Assembly: GCA_964016885.1 (NCBI GenBank)
Contig: CAXHJY010001752.1
Location: 1-57,654, forward strand
Length of the DNA: 57,654 nt
Direction of reading: 5' to 3'
Source: Eledone cirrhosa
Taxonomy: Eukaryota
Below the pieces are notes generated by a model. It was not told where the DNA came from and did no database searches. It saw nothing but the letters and a program-made list of their open reading frames with translations. Each line of letters starts with the position of its first letter. Within the stretch, counting starts at the first letter, position 1. The position numbers and the translations under genes are program-made. This document shows positions 12,536-22,480 of the stretch, piece by piece.

Positions 12536-15500
12536 TGTGTATATATCATCACTTGCATGAAAACATGATATCATCAAATTTTGAGATTAGACTGGTCATG
12601 TGACCATGTCTTGCTTTTACACTTTGCTTTTAGTTTGGTTTCTACAGCTTTATGACATCTACTGGCACTATCACCTTACAGGTTAAATTGGGTGCTTTTT
12701 GATGTGACACCAGCACCACTACCTTACAGAGTAAACTGGGAGCTTTTTGTCATGGTACCAGGACTAGTACCTTACAGGGTTAGACTGGGTGCTTTTTATT
12801 GTGGCACCAGCACTACCACTTTTCAACACTATATCACTTGGCCAATCTGGGAATCAATGATGGGGGGGGGGGGGGGGGGGGGGGCTAAATGTTGCTTGCC
12901 AAGAGAAGAGGTAAGAAGGAGAGGTGGCATAAAAGAGAGTCAGTGACGTCTGGCTGTCCATTGAGGGAAAGTAGACATGATTGGATGAGAAAGGAAGGGG
13001 AAAATCCACTGAAGGAGGGCATGAAAAAGAGAGATGGCATTAAAGAAGGTGAGTAATGTCTGGTGGTACATTTCAGTGCAGTGTACCCATCTTTTCTTGT
13101 TGGCATGGTTTGACAAGGGAGGAGGGAACAGGGATGAGTGGATGGCGTAACTGTTGGCTCACAGGAGTAGTCTTTAAGTTAGGAAGTGAGCGAGTGGCAT
13201 CTGGCAGGACCTTGCGGAGGTGCATCTATCTTTCCATGCTGGCATGGGTTGGGTGAGGAATGAGGAGTAGGGTTGTGAATGGGAGGGGAGATTAGGTGGT
13301 GAATGTGGAGTAAATAGTGAGAGAGCATGGGGACCTAAAAATGTTGTTACAGCTCTGTGCATGTATTTCATCCCACTTGTATGGGAAAGTGAGTCATCTG
13401 TGGTACAACATGTCACAAGTCTATTTAATCCTGAGTTATCACTTTCGTGAAGCTCAGCTTCATGAGATCAGCCTTTACTACATCATCCCAAGTTTTCATG
13501 GATCTACCTCTTCCACAGTTTCCATCTACTGTGAGTTCCCTTGACTTTTTATACAGCTGTCATTCTTTATACACCTCATATGTCCACACCAGCACAATCT
13601 TCTCTCTTGTACACTGCTTCTAATCCCTCCTATGCTCAGTTTTTCTCTCAGTTCATTGATGCTTTGTTTTTCATGCATGCTAACATTACAAGTTATAATT
13701 AGTCCCACTGCTAATTAAGTCACCTAAGTAGCGGAAGCTGTCAGAGCATTTGATAATGCCTGTTTCAAGTGAGTACTTGCTGTTTACTACTCCTGTGCAT
13801 CTCATACATAGCCTACATGAGATCCTGTTACATCTTCTTTATCCATAGTTTATAATTTGTACACTATATGGAATTTCTACCAGCTCCTTTTTTGCATATT
13901 TAGTATGGCCATTTCCATCAAAGTGCAGGGCAATAAAGATAGACGGTAGCCACGGAATAGGCAGACCCAGAAAAACCTGGGACGAGCTGATAAACTCCGA
14001 CCTCACACACTTACACCTCACCAAGACAATGTCACTGGACCGAGACCTTTGGCGGTACTCAGTAATAGAGAAGACCCGCCTTACCTAAATACAAAGTAAA
14101 ACCTACTACAGTCAGTAGGCATCTCTAACAAAATACACCCCCGTCCCACCACCTCCACCCCATCCACACCGCCCCCTTCTATGTAAAGTTATGTTGGTGC
14201 CACACCATCCAGGCCGAAACAAATGAGATCGTATAGGTGTCACGACAAAAAAACACACAGTCCACGCTGTAATGTGGCCGTGTAGGCAACACAGTAAAAA
14301 CCTCCCAGCCCCACACTGTAAATGTGGTTGGTGTTAGGAAGGGCATCCAACTGTAGAAAACCCGCCAGACAGTCCTATGCGAGCAAGACAACCACTCTTG
14401 CCTCAAGCGGGAATACCCCCGTCCAAACCCATGCAAGCGTGGAACACGGACGTTAAACGTTGATGATGATGATGATGATGTATCAGGGCCCTATCCTTTT
14501 TCCTACATACTAGGACTTTAGTCTTGGCAAAGTTGACTTTGAGATCTTTTGATTCCAGGTTTTGCTTCCAAGCCTGGAATTTCTCCAGTTCCACAGCAGA
14601 TTCAACTATAAGAACTAGGTCATCTGCACACAATAGTTCCCATGGGCAGCCAATCTTAAACATCTCTGTCATGGCCTGGAGGACTATAATAAAAAAGGGG
14701 GGCTAAAGACAGAGCCATGCTGGACACTGACTCACAGGCTGAATTCTTCACTATACTCAATAATCTCACTTTGCTAACTATCCCGCTGTATGTGGCTTGT
14801 ATAGACCTCTCTGTCAAAAGCTCTCTTTATGTTAATGAATGCCAAGTAAAGGGACTTGCTTTTAGCTAAGTATTTCTGCAGTTGTCTCACAAGGAAGAGG
14901 GCATGTCATACCCCTATCCAACACAAAGCTAAACTACATCTCGTTTAGATGAACTTGATCCCTGATAAGTTAAACTGAAATTCATTCCATAACTTTCATG
15001 ACCTTGTTCAACAATTTGATGCCTCTAGAGTTTCCCGTCTAGTGAATCTCCTCTACCCATGTAGCAGTAGTCGATGATACTGGTATGCCAGTTATTAGGT
15101 ATTACACGATCCAGTATTACCCAATTTACAATACATGTGGTCCATTGCCCCAGATGCTTTCAGCATCTCAGCAACTATCCTTCGTAGTTCAGCTACTTTG
15201 CCTGTCTTCATATCCTCAATTGCTTTTACCATACTGCTTCTAACTTGGATGTCTGGTCTCTCTGTTGGGCCTACTTGAGGCAGACCATCTTCCTCCCATG
15301 CATCACCTTGTAAAACAGTCTCTCATAATGGCACTTCCATGCTGCTTTCTTCTCCACATTGGTGAAGGCAAGCACACCACTGTCATTCCAAACACACTTC
15401 TATCTAACAACATCCTGATCTTCTCTAACACATTGCCTTATAATCATGAACACCTAACATGTGCAAAATTCCTATTTTCCACTTCCCTTCTTGCAGAGTG

Positions 15501-15850
15501 TACCTGACATGTTCCTGTTATTTTTCTCTGCTTTCCCTATTCTGCCAGTTTATCCATGCCTGGTTCTTAGTTTTAATTCCTCTATACACCCTACTGTTAC
15601 CTTTTGCCTTCTTGGGCCTTTGCTCCAACCACAGATCTTTGTCTGTGGCTTTCAACAGGTTATATTTCAGAAATTTTCCACTCTTCTATGTTGTAATTCT
15701 TTATCTCCTCTTCCTTACAGTCAAAAGTGTCAAGCAGCACCTCTCTGAAATTTTCACCATCCAAGGGCTCCCTCAGCTTCTGTGTTTTTCTCCAGATTGC
15801 CTTCTGTTTCTGAATTCATGTAGATCTAACTCTAAAGTCACTAACTAATA
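12118..15850 (-). mobile_element. Long degenerate RTE LINE (PHD family) with extended 3' region, interrupted by a younger + strand insertion at 13921-14480
   Basis: GCPWELLCADDLVL (about 14620-14655), PHD remnant at 13790-13915, ORF end near 13400, 48-bp units at 12660-12830, and tail at 12118-12170. Confidence 0.65.
13921..14480 (+). mobile_element. RTE LINE 3' end with a 390-nt 3' UTR
   Basis: Open frame KCRAIKIDGSHGIGRPRKTWDELINSDL...DRDLWRYSVIEKTRLT*, stop at 14086-14088. Then a C-rich tract, 48-bp units, GGAAGGGCATCC domain and (TGA)n. Confidence 0.85.
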
Positions 15851-15959
15851 GGTTATATTGAAAGGTGCACTCCTTAATAGAGAGGGAATTTGTATTTGCA
15901 ACAATCAGTCTGTCTTAACTTCTGATGCAAATAAAATCTATCCATCTAGTGTGATATGA

Positions 15960-16890
15960 TTTATAGGTGAATAGCTCTAGCTGAAGATATCGATGGAGAT
16001 GTTGAGCTGGTTCTTAAGAATGGTGTGAAAATGTTTTGTTACCTAGGAGACATATTGAATGAAGAGTATGGATCATACTCCACAACAGCAGATGTTTGTA
16101 TAAGATGGTCTGAGAACTGAACAGCATGCAAATGAGGAGGGTAGTGATGCTGAAACTGAAGGGTAAGAAGTGCCATGATTTATGGGAGCGATGAACATGA
16201 AGCAACAGAGAAGACTGGAGAGAATGAAAATAAGAATAGTTTGGTGGTTGAGTGGAGTATTGCTGAGAGAGAAGACAAACAATGAATGGCAGAAAGATCG
16301 GAATAGAGCCAATGATGAATGATGTGAAGAGAAATTACATGAAATGGCTGGATCATGTGTTGAGGAAAGATGAAAGTGATTCAGTGAGAAGAGTGATGGA
16401 ATGAATGAAGAAGGATGGAGAGAAAGTTGAAGACATGGCTAAAGGTGATGGCAGAGCAAATGTCTGTCTGGCAGTTGGTGAAGAGGGAGACAAAAGATAT
16501 AGCAATATAGAATGAAATGATCCCTGATGCCCAAGTTATAGTTATTTTGACCCTAGATGAGTGCTTCACTTTATGGTGTGACCATTTTGCAAATCTATTC
16601 AATCATAACCTGTCTGCCAGCCAGCTTAATCAACTGCATGTAGACTCCACAGACACCACCACCTATGCATGCAATGTGGATGCACCAACTGTTGGTGAGG
16701 TGTGTGAAGTTATCCAGAAACCGAAGAACAACAAAAGTTTGGGTGAAGATGGTTTATCTGCTGAAATCTTCAAGAACTGTTCTGATGGCTTGGCTTCTTG
16801 ACTGCAGTGTGATCACAACACTTGAGCGATGCACTTCTTTCTTTCTTCAAAAAGGGTGATAATCCCCATTGGAGTAACTACCAGGGGCAT
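15960..16890 (+). mobile_element. Degenerate RTE LINE fragments (two families)
   Basis: WLDHVLRKDESD-type 3' fragment (to about 16450) and WCDHFANLFN...NNKSLGEDGLSAEIFK (16517-16801). Confidence 0.6.
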
Positions 16891-17429
16891 AAATTTGATG
16901 GTAACATTTCTAGGTGTCTTTTTACTGAACCTTGGTGAAGTTAAGTGCATCAGTTTCATCCTGAACACACTTTTCCCTAACAATACCCTGACACACTATC
17001 TTGCAATCTCATGCCTCTGGCCCTCAGAAAACATTGGCAAATCTTTTGCTTTTAGCATCACCTCACAGCTATGTAAACCTGTCATCTAGGTAATTGATAT
17101 TGTTCTTTGTTGTTCACTTTCTTCCAGACTTATCTTTTAGCTTTTAAGGTTCTCTCTACAGTACTATTCCCCCATCATCTCATCTTTTGTCTGGAACCTT
17201 GCTCTAATGGCAGATCATGTCAGTGACCACAACAGGTTATCATATACAAACTTCCAATTGTCCTCTATATCCTCCTTCGCATCATAAGCATTCCATAGAC
17301 CATTTCATCATCTATAATGCTGCCCAGGGTTGGACATCTCTTCACATACCAAGTCAGTACTTAATTGGAGCTACTACCCTCCCAGATAGGTTAGGAGGCC
17401 ATGTCTCACTTACACATGTTCTTATGTTA

Positions 17430-18000
17430 CCATGTGCCCTTCTTAATACCAATCACTTTACAGTGTATTAGGTGTATTTGATCATGGCACCAACACTAGG
17501 GTGGTTGTCATGTGTTTAACTCAACCTCTAAACCTTTTGTTTCTATGGATGGATGCCCTTCCTTATAGCAACCACTTTACAGAGTGTACTGGGTGCATTT
17601 CCGTATAACACCAGTACTTGGCAGATTGTTGTGTCCTTGACACAGATGAAGAATCTACTCAACCCTTTGGCATAGTTTTTATGGCTAGATACCATTCCTA
17701 TAGCCAAATACTTTAGAGTGTACAGGTTGCATTTTATCATGGCACCAGCACTTGAGTTGTTGTCATGTCCATGATATGACTAGGGAGTACACCCCCACCC
17801 ACCAACTTTTTCACATGGTTTCTATGACTGGATGCCCTTCCTAACACCAACTACTTTAGTGTGTATTAGAAGTATTTTACTGTAGCACCAAAAGTAGGCA
17901 AGTTGTTGATTGTTGACCTGATTGAAGGGCCCTCTCATTTTTCTTTTTTTGGCATGGTTTCTATGGCTGGATGCTCAAATATCTTGGCAAGTGTTCAAGA
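17430..18000 (-). repeat. Tandem array (period about 140 bp, 4-5 copies) of the GGAAGGGCATCC domain
   Basis: TT(C/T)TATG(G/A)(A/C)T(G/A)GAT anchor at about 17541, 17677, 17818 and 17958, with recurring ACTTTACAG...CACCA. Confidence 0.6.
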
Positions 18001-18782
18001 TGCTTTTAATAAAAACTTTGAATATTTATATGGTCCTTTACACCAGTCTTTGGCCCATATCGTCTGTAGTTCCCCTAGAATTGAAAAATGACATGACACT
18101 CATCAAAGACACTAAAAATATCATGCAGAGTAACAAGGATCATTTTCCCAGTTTTTCAGACTGATGAATCAGATATTGGTGGTTTATCACAACATATGGA
18201 TTGTAATCCTAAAAATGATGAGGTGGTTTTGGCAATTAAGTAGATTAATACTGGTAAGGCACCAGTAAAGCTGCAGGAAAATGGGGGTGAAAACGTTTTA
18301 TCTATCAATAAGAACTAGAAAGGAACTCTTAAACTACAAGGCTGGTTTGATGGAGTTCTTGTCATGATACACAAGGGCAATGAATCTAAAAATAATATAT
18401 GGAAATTATTGTAGCATCAAAGTCCTGGAGTTTGATGTTGAATTGATTAATATCTGTCTCCCCCCTTCCTCAATGTCGCTGGCTTTAGATAAGGAAGTAG
18501 TACAATTGACATGATCTCCGTGAGCCAACTTCAAAAAAAGTGTATCGAGCAGCAAATTGCTTCTATATCAGTTTTTATTTTAACTTAACAGAGGCTTTGA
18601 AATACCGTTAACAGAGAGGCGTTGTGGAAAATTCTTAGAAAGTTGAGTAGTCCGCCATAATTTATGCATATGTTTGAGGAACTAATTCGTAACATGAAGG
18701 CTTGGGTCACATTATAGACAAACAGTAAGGAACGGAAACGAGACACTTTGAGTAACTCACGCTGAATAAGCTTCGAAAATGT

Positions 18783-18807
18783 TATACATACACATATATA
18801 TATATAT

Positions 18808-18842
<35 letters not shown>

Positions 18843-18917
18843 CACACACAGACACACATATATACACACAGACACACATATATACACACACACACATATA
18901 TATATATACATATATAT

Positions 18918-18968
<51 letters not shown>

Positions 18969-19292
18969 TGCTTCAACACGTGATGAACACACATATATAT
19001 ATAGTTTCAGATATTATATATATACATTTATACATACATATACATACACATATGGTGTGTGAGCGTAACTTCGTATTATATAGTTATCACGTGTCGAATT
19101 ATATATATATATATATATATAAAGAATGAAAAGTGAATAAAATCCAAGTATATTAGTGACAAATAAGTTTCTGTTTGATATATAAATATATATTATATAT
19201 ATATAATTTGCTTATAACTATTGAGTGCTCGTTCAATTAATTTTTATGTATGATTTTACATAATACAGCTTCATATATATATGTATATATAA

Positions 19293-19340
<48 letters not shown>
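18783..19340. repeat. (TA)n/(CA)n compound microsatellites
   Basis: Seen directly. Similar tracts at 12415-12545, 22412-22600, 56120-56255, 56565-56620, 56780-56877 and 57185-57570. Confidence 0.95.
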
Positions 19341-19698
19341 TCTCAACCTTCTGTTGCCGATAATTGAAAAGTTGTGATCTCGATATTATGAAAGTTTTAA
19401 TAAACGTACGATCGATTCGAAAATCGATGTTTTTCTTTTTTTTTAATTTATAGAAAATTTTAACAATTATCTGAACCTAGGCAATAAAAATAACCTTCGA
19501 TTACTTTCTTTGCATTTTTTTCCCCCGAAATAGTTTGATATAATCAGCATGTGTTCTGTGTATATGCTAAATGGTATATACGAAGAAAAATAGAAAACAG
19601 GCTTATTTTCAAACAATTATATTCAGTCATATGATTATTAGAGAAGAAAGAGAAATGGCTACGAAAATAAGTTGTAATTGAGTAATAATAAACAAAAC

Positions 19699-19774
19699 CT
19701 GGTAGCGACTTGACATGAATCATTCCAATAATAATCGTTTTAGATCGCTGAAAAAGTCTTACAAACGACTCCAT
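19699..19774 (-). CDS. Exon 1 of a BtpA/SgcQ-family protein (F13E9.13-like, function unknown); remaining exons not found in the window
   Basis: ATG at 19774, MESFVRLFQRSKTIIIGMIHVKSLP(G), matching the family N-terminal signature IIGMIHxxxLPG. Phase-1 donor CAG|GTTTTG at 19699/19698. No GTP/ENMHD-type exon was seen between 1 and 19698. Confidence 0.75.
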
Positions 19775-20640
19775 GTTTACATTTACAAATAAGAAATTAG
19801 TACGATTTCCATGTGGTGACTACGGATGTACATACGTGGAATAGTGTTAAAACTGTTTAGAATTAATACTGTACAGAATATTTGTTTTGAGTAACATATT
19901 TGAAAGTAAAACTAATATTTATTAAATTAATTTATAAATAACAACAAATTAGTACTTTCTTGTCTCTTTTACGGCTTATTAAACTGATGATAGTCAAGAC
20001 AAACGCTGTTCCATTCTAGGTAGCGTAACCATGGATACGGCTTCCCTATCAGCCAATGAAAATAAAGGAGCAAAGCTTGCTAGGTTTCCTGCACTGTTAT
20101 TGTGGTTTGATTTTTTGTATAAAAGTCGCGTATTTTAATACCGCTTAATTTTCAAAACTATTGCAATTTATTCTTTGAGTAATTAGCTATCGAACGACAT
20201 GCAACTTGCTGGGTATTCATGCTTTATTTCTAAAAAATCAAATTTTCTATCCCACGTTCTCGTTAACGCCATCGAATGTAAACTTGTCTGTTTATGGAAT
20301 TATTCATCAACTTTAGAAATATTTTGATTGAAAAAAGTTCTAAAAACCCTCAAATGACAAACTAAGATGATTTTATGAGTTAAATCTATCATTTAGAAGT
20401 TATTCAACACATTAAATTTAAAGAGAAAAACGAAATTCCAAGCTGCTGTTAGTGACTCGGTTATATGTATCAGAATAATTTGCATCATGTGTGAAGTACA
20501 GTGTCGACCAAACATCAGATTATTAAAAGATTGGAATTTTTGTGATATTAAATTAATATTTTTTGATTTTCTGCATTTTGATAACCATTTACATGCGCAT
20601 TGATAAGGTTGAAATTGGCGGGACTAACAGTGAATGCTGC
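19775..20640. promoter_or_regulatory. Putative shared (divergent) promoter region of the BtpA-like gene and cyclin E
   Basis: TE-free and relatively CpG-containing. CCAAT at 20053-20057, ACATGCGCAT (NRF1-like) at 20591-20600, E2F-like TTGGCGGGA at 20615-20623. Confidence 0.6.
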
Positions 20641-20762
20641 CACGGTAGTTCTTTCATTTCACATCGGTCTACCATCGGGTGCGGACATGGCTTGCTGCTG
20701 TTAGCTCCACATCTTCAATTTGCAGCAACAATTTAGAATATCTTTATTATAATTTATAAAAG
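20640..20762 (+). other. Probable non-coding first exon (5' UTR) of cyclin E
   Basis: Follows the E2F-like site at 20615-20623 and ends at donor AAG|GTGAAT (20762/20763). The next acceptor TTTCAG| (exon start 21179) precedes the ATG at 21203. The start position is approximate. Confidence 0.5.
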
Positions 20763-21202
20763 GTGAATAATTATTAATGTAACTAATTTAAGATTTGAAA
20801 TTACACTATTTATCGCCGACGTGGAAGTTTTTTTTTCGCCTACTTGAGTAATTCATTTCCAACTTAGAATCTATTGGAGCCTTGATTATATCTTTTTTAT
20901 CAACCTTAGACATTGAAAGAGGAAAAGTAATTAATAGTTTATTCACATTATAAGACTATTTTAGCATTCATTTTTTAATTATTAACCGAGAACAGGCGGA
21001 AGTGAAATTTTTTTCACGATGGGGGACAACTATTAAGCCATGACAACTTTCGGTTAGGGGGAAAAATTCCACTTCGGCTACAACGCATTTGTAATAATAA
21101 CATTCATAGAAGTATCTTAAAATGATAATTTTTCGACAAGATAGTCTTTATTTAATCTTCTTGATTATATAATTTCAGATTTACCGCTGCTGCGGATTGA
21201 CT

Positions 21203-22426
21203 ATGCTCTGTAGAAGGTAAGTAGATAACTTTAGTCGTACTATTGCCGCCATTTTCGAGCTCGTCTTTCTATGTCAGTTCATATTCCTTATGGTTTTAAT
21301 AACTTTTAATCTGATTATTTCCAGATCAAAAGTTAAACCTGCCATGAACAATGTATTAAAAATTGATAACAAAAAAAGAAAACCTCAAGATGTAAGTATA
21401 AATTTATTAATTTGGCTTTATTGCTACCGGTGTCACTGATTTAAAGTTTGGGTCTTTGTTCGCTAAGAAGCTATTAGACAACAAATAAATTGTGATATAC
21501 ATGTCCTGATACCTATTTCTTCCTAACTTCCAGGCTTCTCATGTGACTACAGCAGCTAACAAGAAAAAACGAAGATTTCACATAAAGGTAACATAATCTC
21601 AATTTCTTTATTTTACATTTTTTGTAGGTCGTCTTTTAAATTATTTTTCATTTATCGGCAATTTTTCTTTGGCGCCCTGTTACGTATTACTCTGCGTTTT
21701 TCATTACACTTTTTATATTTATTTTACTTAAAACCTTTTCTAATATGCAGTATAAAGTTTAAAGATAACTTATAGTCTATTTATTCAAATACTTAGTTCC
21801 ATATAAGTAATATTTTTTTTCATTTTTTCCCCGCTTCGTCTTTACTTGGTCACTCCCAGTTCATTTGCAATATTTTTTATGGTCATTAAGTCGGGGATCG
21901 GATTCCCGCACTTCTAAAAACAACTTTATTTCGTAAATTTTGTGTCTAAAAATGTTAGATTTTTGCAGATAAGTTTTAATTATTGTTTTTTTTATAATGT
22001 ATTCTCTGGAAGTATTTTCAATATTTCCCCCAATGCCTTCCTCCACCCTGTCTGCCATCCTAACCATACACACACTCATTGATCAATTAAGGAAATTCCT
22101 CTGAAGAAATCTTTTGGGATCTTGATTGAAAAAATATTCCTAACTAAACTTTGTTGTTATATTTCCTTTTTCATGTCTTCTAAAAATAATTTCTCAAAGG
22201 GAAGACAACATTGGCTTGATATATATGCCACGTCTTAGGAAAAAAATATATTTATTAAAGTTGCAGTACTCGCTTTTTTTGAAAATATTTTATACGTATT
22301 GCTATTAGACTATTTATTAACATTCCGTAACATCATTTTATTTTCGTTAAGGTAGAATCACTTGGTTAACAATGGTCTTCAAAAATATATTCCTTATCTA
22401 GATTGTTTATAATGTGTGTGTGTGTG

Positions 22427-22480
<54 letters not shown>

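Noticed and set aside
12862-12884. Poly-G tract (also 6848-6867), G-quadruplex capable
   Set aside because: Simple homopolymers in TE-derived intronic DNA with no supporting context.
18585-19129. Ile/Tyr/His/Thr-rich ORFs (also 12252-12603, 22366-22772, 56122-57599)
   Set aside because: Translations of TA/CA microsatellites.
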